A DNA stretch of 64,000 bases from Octopus sinensis (taxonomy: Eukaryota), in assembly GCF_006345805.1 (NCBI RefSeq), contig NC_043013.1:10850001-10914000 (forward strand), read 5' to 3'. The translations under genes and the position numbers were made by a program. Numbering within the stretch: the stretch's first letter is position 1; the number at the start of each line of letters is the position of its first letter. The notes beneath the pieces are model-generated. The model worked only from the letters and a program-made list of their open reading frames with translations. It ran no database searches and was not told the origin of the DNA. This document shows positions 1 through 12,353 of this stretch, piece by piece.

Positions 1-933
1 TGTGTGTGTTTGTGTGTGTGTGTATACACATATATGTATGTATTTATTTAAATATGTGAATATAAATACATATTATCGATCTCACATACTTAATATATGT
101 TTTGCAGTGGTTAACCGTTCGCGGTGGTTAAGCGCCTCGAGGGACGACTCCCTTAGTATGCTGGCTGTTAAAACACATGAAACGTATAGACAAGCGAGAC
201 AACACGTCTCCAATCGCATTCAAGAGTGATGGATTCGATAGTTTGCCATTTTTGTGGCTTATCAACATCACGTACTCGAATCGATCCAAGGACCAATCGA
301 ATCGCCAGTCCATGACCGTATATAAAAGGTGTACTGTTACAATTATAAATAAGAACAATTATGCATATTTCTTAAGAGCCTAATTTGGCACGTGTCATTA
401 CAATGACACATCATGAATCAATAATCTTGTATATTGTTGCATAATGTAACAATATTTATGGTATCAAATGCAAATGAAGTAATTTTGAATTGTATATATA
501 TTTGATAGAATATAATATATGCATATATATGTGTGTGTATATGCATATTAGATTAACTGTGAAAATAATCGAGTACATGATAACTTCTGTTGTGATTTCG
601 GTAGTTGCTCTACTTGCCTTCGTAGACGTGAGCAAACATAGCCGATCCACTCTCGAATCACTGCAACTTCGATAGCTTCAAGGAGATGTTCTACGTCAAC
701 TGAAGTGCTCGGTCAGAGGCACATTGCATTATTACCCTGTCCAAGTATTGAAAACTCAAACTTATGATTTTAAGTCTAACACCCTAACCAATCACCCGCA
801 TTCTTTAGCATATATCCATTGGGTATATTATAAATTTATTTTTATAAATACAATAGATTAGCGGGTTTGATATAATATAGAAGTTAAAACATAAATGTGA
901 GATTCGTAAAGCGAATTACCTCTATTAATATAT

Positions 934-1360
934 CTTTTACTCTTTTACTTGTTTCAGTCATTTGACTGCGGTCATGCTGGAGCACCACCTTTAGTTGAAT
1001 AAAATCGACACCAGGACTGATTCTTTGTAAGCCTAGTACTTATTCTATCGGTCTCTTTTTGCTGAACCGCTAAGTGACGGGGATATAGACACACCAGCAT
1101 CAGTTGTCAAGCGATGTTGGGGGGAAAACACAGACACACAAATAAACACACACAGACACATACACACACACACACACATACATACATATATATATATACA
1201 TATACGTCGGGCTTCCTTCAGTTTCCGTCTACCAAATCCATTCACAAGGCTTTGGTCGGCCCAAGGCTATAGCAGAAGACACTTGCCCAAGGTGCCACGC
1301 AGTAGGACTGAACCCGGAACCATGTGGTTGGGAAGCAAGCTTCTTACCACAAAGCCACTC
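934..1360 (-). mobile_element. tRNA-derived SINE, family A (~420 bp, internal CA/TA microsatellite), full length
   Basis: Reverse complement reads GAGTGGCTTTGTGGTAAG (A-box-like)...GGTTCAGTCC (B-box-like)...and ends GAAACAAGTAAAAGAGTAAAAG; collinear with many other copies in the window. Confidence 0.9.
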
Positions 1361-1720
1361 TTTCACCTATGTGTAAAATATGATCATAGGCGGCAACAAA
1401 ATCAACAGGTGCAAAACAAATATACGTATTCGGTCAACAATATTTTTCTCTTAGATCCTAAGGAGTAGGTTGGGATTTAAACCTGAAACACAATCTTACG
1501 CAACTGAATGTCTAACAATACTTCCGTTTTAAAATATTCTCCATAAAAAAATAATGTCTCTGGAAATTCAACCTGTCTTTTGAAATACCATGGAGGATAC
1601 CAGAAAAATGTTCTTTTACGAGGCACATTTACGTTTATGTGTAGTAAGAAAATTTTCACTCTCTCTTTCCTTCACCCTCTGTGTATATGCGGATGTGTGT
1701 TTGTGCGGTTTCTGCTCCCC

Positions 1721-1751
<31 letters not shown>

Positions 1752-1879
1752 TGTATGTATGTATCTATCTATCTATCTATCTCTCTGGCTGTCTGTTTAT
1801 CTATCTACTAAGCTATTTACCAATCTCTCTTTCTCTCTCTCTCTCGCTCTCTCTCTCTCCACATACATATATATACACA

Positions 1880-2050
1880 AGAGTAAGCATATAAGTGCGA
1901 ACCAAGGTAGAAAAAATAGTATTCGAATACCAGAGGTAGAGTAATATGCTTTATTTAAAAGTAGTAAAATATTACAAAATCTATTACTCAGAGTTTCACG
2001 TTCTGGATCGTCGACGTGAGTAAATTCAAGACGTGAGTAAATACTTATTT
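1880..2050 (-). mobile_element. Penelope-like terminal repeat fragment with degenerate hammerhead
   Basis: Minus strand 2016-1982 reads TCGACGA TCCAGAACGT GAAAC TCT GAGT A, a hammerhead-like layout with a near-palindromic stem III, followed by an AT-rich tail containing AATAAA. Confidence 0.45.
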
Positions 2051-2170
2051 GCATTTAATTTGCAAAAGTTAAAAAGTCTCTCAATGGCCGAACGTACAAG
2101 TGCAATAAAGGAAACTTTTGGCCCTTGAGTCACTTTCTAACTTCTGCCGAGTAAATGACACAGACACAAA

Positions 2171-2207
<37 letters not shown>

Positions 2208-2734
2208 ACACACACACATGTATGTATGTATATACACATCTTTACACTGTAGATATATTTTTGTCTCATGTACCTTTACAATAAATACATGTTTTCTTAT
2301 ATGATTTGTGTGTCATTTCTATATGTTATGCTGCCATTTTGATATCTACCAAGGAACACAATATATACCCAAGTATACATATTTATTTTCTAGTAACATC
2401 TGGCTTCATAATTTCAATTTCTCTCTCACCTAATCTGACATCAGCAGTGACAGCTTATCCAAACTTTAATCTACTTTCAGTTTTGCTTTCGTTGAAACGT
2501 GTAAGTTCGTGTGTGTAAATAAAAAAAAAATTTAAAAATTTAATCTTTATGCAAATCATAACTAATTTCTTTTGTACCTTTGAAGTTTAAGTCATAATTC
2601 ATTATTAAATAGATGTTTTAAAATTTAAAATATGCAATTAGCATATGCAACAGAACTAAAGCTTGCAAACACCTGCAAGTAGAATCTGTGCACAGGTTTC
2701 GATTGATAGTTGTTAATATCCTATCTCACTGCAT

Positions 2735-2903
2735 TTAAAGCTTTTGATACCGACCCGCCTGAGAACGTCACTAGTTCTGTAATATAAAATTCCTCATTTG
2801 AAATATCAGCTTAAAGTGACGTTATTTTGCTAAGTTCTTTGCTATATTAAAATTTAATTGAAACCCCGACTGTGTATTTCGGTTGAAATATGGTTTGAAA
2901 AGG
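2735..2903. mobile_element. degenerate piggyBac-type MITE
   Basis: Starts at TTAA followed by AGCTTTTGATACC and ends ATGGTTTGAAAAGGG, resembling decayed CCCTTT/AAAGGG termini; family recognised from memory. Confidence 0.35.
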
Positions 2904-4282
2904 GAACTATAGGGTCTATTGAGAAATCTTTGAAGCAGCAGTGTTGTCACAGTGGAACCAGATTACGCATAAAATATAAGTGCTTCCTCTTATGGCCAGT
3001 TTCCCTGTGGGAAATTCTAAATCTCATGCCGTTCGAACTCTTGGCTCGAACACGGAGCTTTATTTTTTTGGTGAAGTATTGTGAAAAAAAATTACGTTTG
3101 AGTCAGTAAAAGGATGTCGGCTGAGTGAACCGCATGTTTAGAATCGCTATGATATCAGTAAAATTACCCTCTAAGCAGTCAAAAAAAATTTTCAGAATTT
3201 CTTCGCTATTTGAATATATACATACTCCAGTATTTCGCATCTTGAAAAATAATACGAATTACTGGTACATTTAGACAATTTTTTTTCAACATTTGCCGAT
3301 TCCAGAAACTTTCCTTATATTTTGTGATATATTTCAAGTATTCTACTCAAGAATTATAGCCTCACGTCTCACATTCTGTCTCCACTCTCAGTCATTCTCC
3401 CTCATTGTATTTCCTTTTCTTACAACACTGAGACAAAGATGCTTTTACAGTGAGACACACTTATAGACGTTCAGTTAAGAAGCTCTCTAAACCCCTGTGA
3501 TTCATTAAAAAAAAACTAACAACGTGGAATGAATCAGAAAGAAGATAAACTAGCAGAAATACTAAAGTGATATTGGAGAACAGAGACATATGGCTTATAG
3601 AAAGCGTTTAAAATGGCGCCTTCCTTACAGTTTAATTGCTTATTTTCGTTACAAAATGTCCGTCCGATTGTGTGTGAACGTATGTTATTTTACGCCATGC
3701 TTCTTAGTCTTACTCTCTTCAATCGAACTGTTTGAGAAAATAGGTTTTATCTGGAACCGAGATCTTAAATTATATACAACGATTCATATCTTTAAAGTTT
3801 TCGTACGTCGTATCTGATATGAAGAAGGTAACTATATTTATATAGTGTCCACTTGCAGCAAGCGTAATAAAGGAATAGGGGGTAAGAAATATCATTATTT
3901 TTTAGATTATTAAGGGCAGCGAGTTTGAAAGAAGACGGGTAGAGCAGAGGACGATATGCCTGACAAAATATCATTTCATACCATGACGTTTTCAGTTTGA
4001 TTGCTGTTTTACTTGCCCTTAGAGTTTGTGTTATTGTGGTTGTTGCTGTTTAACTCCAGGTTAACCCTGATCAGGCACATTTAAGTCAAAACATTCTAAT
4101 AACGATAATGTGTCCCGAATTTATCTGATATTCTGTACATCGGCCATCATATTTGTTTCCAGAGAAAAGTCACTCCGATCATATAGTGTATGATTTATAG
4201 CCACGAGCCGACCAAAGCATTGTGGGTGCATTAGATGCGAGGAAACTGAACGAAGCCCGTCATATATATACATATATATACA

Positions 4283-4357
<75 letters not shown>

Positions 4358-4679
4358 CGTACACAAATGTATGGGCGTGGGCGTATCTTCCTTTCTGTGT
4401 TTGTCGACTATCACCGCTTGTTTTTTAGCTGCAGCAGTCGCAGTAGGAACAGCATTAAATAAAGAGATATTTAATTAATAAATTATATAATATAGCGCCA
4501 GATTGAAGATGATAGCCAGAAATGTTGAATCCCCGAGGGGAGATATTTAACTCGCGGCTTTAAAACAACTCTCTCTGCCTCCTGGGGAAATGTATTAAGT
4601 AATTACTGCGCAAATACATATATTATATGTAATATATATACATATATTACATATATATGTATATATATACATACATGTA

Positions 4680-4723
<44 letters not shown>

Positions 4724-4725
4724 GC

Positions 4726-4787
<62 letters not shown>

Positions 4788-5429
4788 CACACATATATTT
4801 CATATAGTCATATAGCTATACATGCATATATATATACCTACCTACCTACATACATACATACATACATACATACACAGATACATACACATTTGTACACACA
4901 AATACACAAACCTATGTTTACTGTTAAGAGAGCGTTCGAATTGCGGAGGTAATGCTACAGAATGTTTCTATCCTTTTCTGAAAATACATTTATACCTATA
5001 CTCATATCTCTGTTGTTCAGATATATTCATAACTACAATACAAAACTCATACGAAAGTTTCAATGCAGGATACGCAATGAATGCACAGATATATACGAGT
5101 GCACACACACACATATTACGCATATATATAAATACACATTATATAAATGTAATATATATACTCACACGCACACATATATATATATATATCTATAAGATAC
5201 ACACAAACACGCATAGAAGTGAATATATATGCATATAGTTATTTATATACGCGCGCATATATCTATCTATATACATGCATACATACATGCTTATTCTAAA
5301 AATGTTAACAATTCCAAAAAAAAACAAAAAAACAAAACAAAAAAAAAACAGCTGGAATTAATTACAATAATTGTAGTTGACATAGGAATGGAATTTAACG
5401 AATAGAAATGTTAATATTTGATTGTTGAA

Positions 5430-5830
5430 GGGGGAAAATCAGTTCTCCAGACACAAAACCTGTGCACCAGCGGTCTCACTATTACTCCCGTTCCACATAA
5501 AAACTGGTACAAGCACTTTGGTATTGCGGAAAAAATATTATGCAAAGGTACTCTGAAAAAGGTTAGAGTGACCTTAGAATATCATCCTAGATTTACAAAA
5601 TTATGGCAAATGGAATTCCTCAATAGATTTGTAGTACCAGAGCTGATTTCAACATTTTGGATACTTGACTCATCTGTAGAGGAAATTCACCCCACAGAGG
5701 ATAAAATCTGCTTGATAGTTACGTCAGCTGGAAATCTCCACAGAAATAGCTATATGGACAGACTCTACCTGAGAAGTGATAGATGAGGTAGAGGCTTGAG
5801 ATGAGTGCAGAGATTCTTAGAATGTCGTAG
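5430..5830 (+). mobile_element. R4/Dong-like (RLE) LINE fragment, RT C-terminal/thumb region
   Basis: WYKHFGI ~ YKYLGI, and GNLHRNSYMDRLYLRSDR*GRGL matches the R4-clade motif LHxxSxxDRLYLxRxxGGRGL; contains a stop codon. Confidence 0.8.
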
Positions 5831-5844
5831 AGTCTCACTCAAAC

Positions 5845-5875
5845 AGCAATAATAGCAATAATAATAATAATGATG

Positions 5876-5912
<37 letters not shown>

Positions 5913-6016
5913 TAATAATAATAGTAATAACAATTTTAATAGAATTAATAATAATAATTATAATAATAATAACAATAATAATAATAATAATAGTAACAAC
6001 AATTGTAATAGAATTA

Positions 6017-6072
<56 letters not shown>

Positions 6073-6092
6073 GTAATAACAATTGTAATAGA

Positions 6093-6140
<48 letters not shown>

Positions 6141-6399
6141 CTCAGTGTTTAAAACAAACATAATTTTCGTTTTTTTTTGGACATTCACTAGTAACCCCCC
6201 CCCACAAAAAAGCCCAAATATATGGCACACTATGCATAACAACAACATGCACTTCCAACCTGTTGTCTCTTGAGGTCTCTGGGTGAGACTTGTACAAATA
6301 TAAAGCAAAAGTCAAATATAGAATAATAATAATAATAACAATAATAATAATATAATAATAATAATAATAATAATAATAGTAATAATAATAGTAATAATA

Positions 6400-6444
<45 letters not shown>

Positions 6445-6500
6445 GTAGTAGTAGTAGTAATAGAATTGATGATAATAATAATAATTTTAATAATACTAAT
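5845..6500. repeat. (AAT)n microsatellite arrays, interrupted by a LINE 3' tail at ~6142-6325
   Basis: Long AAT runs; the interrupting segment ends ...GGGTGAGACTTGTACAAATATAAAGCAAAAGTCAAATATAGAATAATAAT. Confidence 0.85.
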
Positions 6501-6504
6501 AATA

Positions 6505-7347
6505 ATCTGGGAATGCATACAATGAGATTCTATGCCCTAGGTGTACGGAAAACACGCGGCGACAAATTGAAGAAAATTTGAAGAAAGAAGGGGGAAAAGA
6601 TAATAATGATAATTACCCAAGAGCAAGCATTAGGAACAAACTACATAAAATACAGAATAGACAACACAGCAGAATGTGAGAAGTGCAGAATCTGTGAACA
6701 AAACGGTGAAACTGTATGGCATATTACCACCAAACGTACGCCACTGGCCCAGAAGGAATATAAGAGACGCCATGACAATATAGCCAGGTTTGTCCATTGG
6801 GCACTTTGCAACAAGTATGGACTTGACAGAGCAAAAAATTGGTACGAACACAAGCCTGAAGGCATCGTCGATAATAGAAATGTAAAGATCCTATGGGATT
6901 TTATGATTCAGTGCAACCATGAGATAGAGAATAGGAAGCCAGACATAGTCTTAATTGACAAAGAAAACAAACTATGTTGGATATAGCATAGATATATCAT
7001 GCTCACCTGACAATAATGTATGCGATAAGAAAGAAAGAAAAGTCGGGAGATATGATAGGTTAGCCTGGGTAGTTAAGCAGTTGTGGTTGATGAAAAAGGT
7101 AGTGGTGGTACCAATAATTGTCTGAGCACTGGGAACAGTGCGCAAAAATCTCGAGAAGTACGTGGAGCAAATAGAGTCCGCAATAAGGGTGGAGCACTTG
7201 CAGAAAACAGCACTGCTTGGAACCGCTCAAAAACTCCGGATGGTGCTCGAAATATAAGAGGAGTTACCTTAGTTCACTGGTAGTGAACAGCTTACACCGT
7301 AGTACATCTCCAGCGTTAGAAGCTGCGCAAAGGCAAGAATAGTAATG

Positions 7348-7387
<40 letters not shown>

Positions 7388-7410
7388 CAACAACAATAAT
7401 AATGATGATG
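6505..7410 (+). mobile_element. R4/Dong-like RLE LINE, 5'-truncated 3' end (zinc knuckle + restriction-like endonuclease)
   Basis: QEQAL..CRIC..ETVWHI....P.LAQKEYKRRHD, ILWDF.IQ, RKPDIV.ID, then after frameshifts VPIIV*ALG and LQKTALLGTA..LR.VL; ends in a (TAA)n tail. Confidence 0.92.
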
Positions 7411-7738
7411 AGAAGAAGAAGAAACAGAAGAAGAAGAAGATGGAGGAGGAGGAAGAAAGCAACAACAATATTTCTCAGCGGGTTTGGAATATATCAAATA
7501 TTTGTAAATAACCTGCTTTAATTGTCATGATAGTAATAGTTTTTAGAAATTAAACATTAAATGTCATTTAGTACGCTACGCTTTAGATTTACCTTGTAGA
7601 TACGAAATACTCGTTCAGCTGCTGGCTCAGTTACCTTCCTATAGGGATTAACATACCACTTGCAAAAAATGTTTGTGCTAAAGTTTAGAATAATTAATTA
7701 TCTGAAATTTTGACATCAATGTGTAAATATGATTGAGT

Positions 7739-8058
7739 GGAGGCGCAATGGCCCAGTGGTTAGGGCATTCGGCTCATGATCGTAAGGTTGTGAGTTCGAT
7801 TCCCGGCGACGCGTTATGTCCTTGAGCAAGACACTTTATTTCACGTTGCTCCAGTCCACTCAGCTGGCAAAAATGAGTTGTACTTGTATTTCAAAGGGTC
7901 AGCCTTGTCACTCTCTGTGTCACGCTGATTATCCCCGAGAACTACGTTAAGGGTACACGTGTCTGTGGAATGCTCAGCCATTTGCACGTTAATTTCACAA
8001 GCAAGCTGTTCCGTTGATCGTATCAGCTGGGACCCTCGTCGTCGTAACCGGCGGAGTC
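7739..8058 (+). mobile_element. tRNA-derived SINE, family C
   Basis: Head GGAGGCGCAATGGCCCAGTGGTTAG...GAGTTCGATTCCC; central GTCCTTGAGCAAGACACTT...TTGCTCCAGTCCACTCAGCTG. Confidence 0.88.
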
Positions 8059-8217
8059 TTTTTTATAACATAACTATGTGTGTGTGTGTAAGTATATACA
8101 CGAACGACAACTTTCAGTTACCATCCACCAAATCCACTAGCAAGACTATGGTCTGCTCCAAGTCTATTGTAGTAGACGAGTAACCAACATTCCATGTGTG
8201 TGTGTGTGTGTGTGTAT

Positions 8218-8320
8218 TAAGAGCACTCCGTCGGTTACGACGACGAGGGTCCCAGCTGATACGATCAACAGAACAGTCTGCACGAGAAATTAACGTGCAA
8301 GTGGTTCTGTATTCCATAGA
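8218..8320 (-). mobile_element. SINE family C 3' tail fragment
   Basis: Reverse complement of the 7960-8058 tail. Confidence 0.75.
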
Positions 8321-8330
8321 CACTGTACCT

Positions 8331-8483
8331 ATTCCTTTACTACCCATAAGGGGCTAAACACAGAGGGGGACAAACGAGGACAGACATATGGAATAAAGTC
8401 GATTACATCGACCCCAGTCCGTAACTGGTACTAAATTTATCGACACCCGAAAGGATGAAAGGCAAAGTCGACCTCGGCGGAAT
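8331..8483 (-). mobile_element. SINE family B, 3' part
   Basis: CGAAAGGATGAAAGGCAAAGTCGACCTCGGCGGAAT core plus family tail. Confidence 0.85.
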
Positions 8484-8745
8484 ACAGACACTGCACCTTT
8501 AAAGCAGTTCCAAAGCAGATTCAGCCTGACACAGAGCTACTACTCATTGTTGCCAGCTGAGTGAACTGGAACAACGTCAAAAGGTCACAAGGTGTCGCCG
8601 AGAATTGAACTTAAAATTGTGAACCGAATTTCTCAACCACAAAGCCACGTGCCTTACACACACACACACACACGCGCGCACACACATACACACACACGAA
8701 GACATATATATCACACGTGTGTTATGGCCGATGTACTGAATCATG

Positions 8746-9090
8746 GAAGCACTCCGTCGGTTACGACGATGAGGGTTCCGGTTGATCCGAATCAACGGAA
8801 CAGCCTGCTCGTGAACTTAACGTGTAAGTGGCTGAGCACTCCACAGACACGTGCACCCTTAACGTAGTTCTCGGGGATATTCAGCGTGACACAGAGAGTG
8901 ACAAGGCCGGCCCCTTGAAATACAGGTACAATAGAAACAGGAAGTAAGAGTGAGAGAAAGTTGTGATGAAAGAGTACAGCAGGGATCGCCACCACCCCCT
9001 GCTGGAGCCTCGTGGAGCTTTTTTTAGGTGTTTTCGCTCAATAAACACTCACAACGCCCGGTCTGGGAATCGAAACCGCGATCCTATGAC
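8746..9090 (-). mobile_element. SINE family C, head truncated at 9090
   Basis: Shares tail with 7739-8058; B-box GGTTTCGATTCCC present, A-box half missing. Confidence 0.85.
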
Positions 9091-9205
9091 AAATGTTTGT
9101 GCTAAAGTTTAGAATAATTAATTATCTGAAATTTTGACATCAATGTGTAAATATGATTGAGTGGAGGCGCAATGGCCCAGTGGTTAGGGCATTCGGCTCA
9201 TGATC
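9091..9205 (+). repeat. exact 115-bp direct copy of 7667-7781
   Basis: Unique flank plus SINE C head identical in both places by eye. Confidence 0.92.
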
Positions 9206-9482
9206 ACAGTTATGTTATATTCTGTTAAGAACGTCGTAGAGTAGTAGAGTACAATATAATGTTCTTCCACCTTCAGCTTTCACCCAGTGCTATCCAAGTA
9301 TACTTACTTCTAGATTTGCATTGGGGCTTCAATAGTGTGTGAATAGATAATTCAACAAGCTGGAGCCAACAAGAAGTACAGTTGGATATTCGTTTGTAAT
9401 CACTACAATGGTTTCCCCCTAGCGTAGTTCTCCAGGTCTGTAGACAATCGGTTAGGTAACTGCTTCCCAGTAATATGAGATC

Positions 9483-9542
9483 TAGTTGTGTTTCCTCAGG
9501 CGATATATATATATATATATATAGCCTGAGGAAACACAACTA
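9483..9542. repeat. 60-bp hairpin: 19-bp perfect inverted repeat around (TA)n
   Basis: TAGTTGTGTTTCCTCAGGC / GCCTGAGGAAACACAACTA. Confidence 0.9.
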
Positions 9543-9619
9543 TATATATATATATATGATGATTTCATTTGAATGAAACAGTTCTAGTCCTGTAGAAGCT
9601 CCTTCTATAAAATAAAATA

Positions 9620-9651
<32 letters not shown>

Positions 9652-9653
9652 AT

Positions 9654-10064
9654 GAGTGGCTGTGTGGTAAGTGGCTTGCTAACCAACCACATGGTTCCGG
9701 GTTCAGTCCCACTGCGTGGCATCTTGGGCAAGTGTCTTCTGCTATAGCCCCGGGCCGACTAATGCCTTGTGAGTGGATTTGGTAGACGGAAACTGAAAGA
9801 AGCCTGTCGTATATATGTATATATATATATGTATGCGTGTGTGTGTGTTTGTGTGTCTGTGTTTGTCCCCCTAGCATTGCTTGACAACCGATGATGGTGT
9901 GTTTACGTCTCCGTCACTTAGCGGTTCGGCAAAAAACACCGATGGAATAAGTACTGGGCTTCCAAAGAACAAGTCCCGGGGTTGTTTTGCTCGACTAAAG
10001 GCGGTGCTCCAGCATGGCCGCAGTCAAATGACTGAAACAAGTAAAAGAGTAAAGAGTAAAGAGT
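9654..10064 (+). mobile_element. SINE family A, full length
   Basis: GAGTGGCTGTGTGGTAAG...GGTTCAGTCCCACTGCG...GAAACAAGTAAAAGAGTAAAGAGTAAAGAG. Confidence 0.92.
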
Positions 10065-10299
10065 ATGTATATATATTAACTATATATATATATATATATA
10101 ACACAGAAGCGGCAACTTGTATGTATGTGTGTGTGTCTCTGTACGTGCGGGCGTATGTGTGTGTGTGTGTGTGTTTTATGCATCTTTGTGTCTGTATTTG
10201 GAACTGCTACCGCTTGACACCCAGTGTTTGCGTGTTTGCGTCCCCGGAATTCAACGGTTCGACAGTAGAAACCGAATGAATAAGTACCAGCTTTAATAA

Positions 10300-10500
10300 C
10301 ACAGGTAGGTATGTAGTTAGGTAGGTATGTAGTTAGGTAGGTAGATAGGTAGGTAGGTAGGTAGGTAAGTAGGTAGGTAGGTAGGTAGGTAGGTAGGTAG
10401 GTAGGTAGGTAGGTAGGTAGGTAGGTAGTAGGTAGGTAGGTAGGTAGTAGGTACGTAGGTAATTTAGTAGGTTGGTAGATAGAAAGATAGATAGATAAAC
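10300..10500. repeat. (TAGG)n/(TAGA)n tetranucleotide array
   Basis: Direct reading. Confidence 0.95.
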
Positions 10501-10715
10501 ACATACATATGTATATCCAGATTTGGTTTCTTCTACATTCCTTGTGAAACCACGCTTTAGCTAAATTTGCCTTGTTATCCTTATGAGAGTTCATGTATAC
10601 TCCTGATAATACAACTTTCTCAGAAAAAACTGCATAATAACTAATATAGGAACTTTAATTAAAACATGTGAATATAGATATATGAAAACGAAAACTTCTC
10701 CCAAAAGAACAGCCT

Positions 10716-10757
<42 letters not shown>

Positions 10758-11327
10758 CGTACACATGTGTGTGTGTGTTTGTATTTACAAGCAGTTATAT
10801 TCTTATGTATTAGATATATACTATATGTATATAAATGTTTAATTAAAATATATATACATTTATACGTACATAGGCATATAAGTATATATAACTTTATTCA
10901 TTCAAATGCACAAATATATATATAATATATATATACGTGAATACACACACGCGCGCACACACACACAGAGACACAAACACACAGACACTCCTGTATACGT
11001 ATAGTAAGAAATATGAAACCGAGCATATTAATCCATTCCTCTGATCTTATATATGCACTCTTTGCCCTTTTCGAAAAGTGCGTCTTTGTAAACGTGATAA
11101 TTGAAACGGCTTCTTAACAACCCATACTAATATTCTTGAATGTTAATGATTAATCACACACAAATTAATAACTCACAAATTCTATACGTAAGGAGATGGG
11201 TAGTAGGTAAATGCCGTGCATAGGTGATCTAACTGTTTTTTTATTCTCTTTGTCGTCGCTTGATATATCATGACGTGATAGGCTGAATAAATGTATCTAA
11301 CACGAACTATAACACAAATAAATGTAT

Positions 11328-11645
11328 GTGGAGGCACATGGCCTAGTGGTTAGAGCAGTGGACTCGCGGTCGAGTGATCGCGGATACGAATCTCAAACCG
11401 GGCGATGTGTGTGTGTGTGTGTGTTTATGAGCGAAACACGTAAGATTCACGTAGCTCTGGCAGAAGGTAATGGCGAAACTTCTGCTGACTCTTTCGCCAC
11501 AACTTTCTCTCACTCTTTCCTCCTGCATCTTGCAGCTCACCTGCGACGGATGGGCGTCCGTCCAGGTGGGGAACCTATACGCCAAGGAAACCGGGAAAGC
11601 GGCCCTTATGAGCCAGGCATGGCTCGAGAAGGAACAAACAAAAAA
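11328..11645 (+). mobile_element. SINE with family C-type tRNA head and a different 3' tail
   Basis: GGAGGCACATGGCCTAGTGGTTAGAGCAGTGGACTC head; tail ends GGCTCGAGAAGGAACAAACAAAA. Confidence 0.8.
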
Positions 11646-12224
11646 ATATATGTATTTATATATGCTCTTGCTTTTTTCTAAATAAAAATGTGCAAATTAA
11701 ATATTGATTTAATTTCTACTCGATTATTTATAGGTCTAACTGCTTCGAGGTTCACAAGATTACTGGAACATTTATAGAATTCTTACGCCATCAATAACAT
11801 AAGTTTCGCTGGTGAGATTGAAGTTTCTAAAATGGACAGAGAAATTCGAACGATTGCTTTGATCTAATGGTAGAACTTCTGTGGTTCATATGGATGACGT
11901 GGATTCGAGTACCACTGTAGACTTCGACTCTTCTCTATTTCGATTTTGACCGTTCCAAAACGAATCATCTCGATTTCGATGTGTGTGTGTGTGTGTGTGT
12001 GTGTGTTTGTGTGTATGTGTGTGTAATAACGGCTAGAATAGACATAATTCGCTACATAGCTCCATATTCTATACGCTATTGAATATCAAATACAAAACTG
12101 GGAAATTGTAATTCTAAACTTTAAAATATTATTAAATTTTAATACATTCTCTTGGTATTTTCAACTTCATGTCTTTTATACGTGCACATATCTGAATTAA
12201 TGAATTAATAATAATTTCTCTCTC

Positions 12225-12353
12225 AATCCACCGAGGTCGACTTTGCCTTTCATCCTTTCGCAGTCGATAAATTCAGTACCAGTTGTGTACTGGTGTCGAT
12301 CTAATCGACTTGTTCCTTCCCCCAAATTTCGGGCCTTGTGCCTTGAGTAGAAA
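12225..12353 (+). mobile_element. SINE family B, 3' part
   Basis: CCGAGGTCGACTTTGCCTTTCATCCTTTCG..GTCGATAAA core. Confidence 0.8.

Noticed and set aside
4121-5238. ORFs rich in YI/HT/CV dipeptides, here and throughout the track (e.g. 20868-21523, 54911-56122)
   Set aside because: Translations of (TA)n, (CA)n and (CATA)n microsatellites, not proteins
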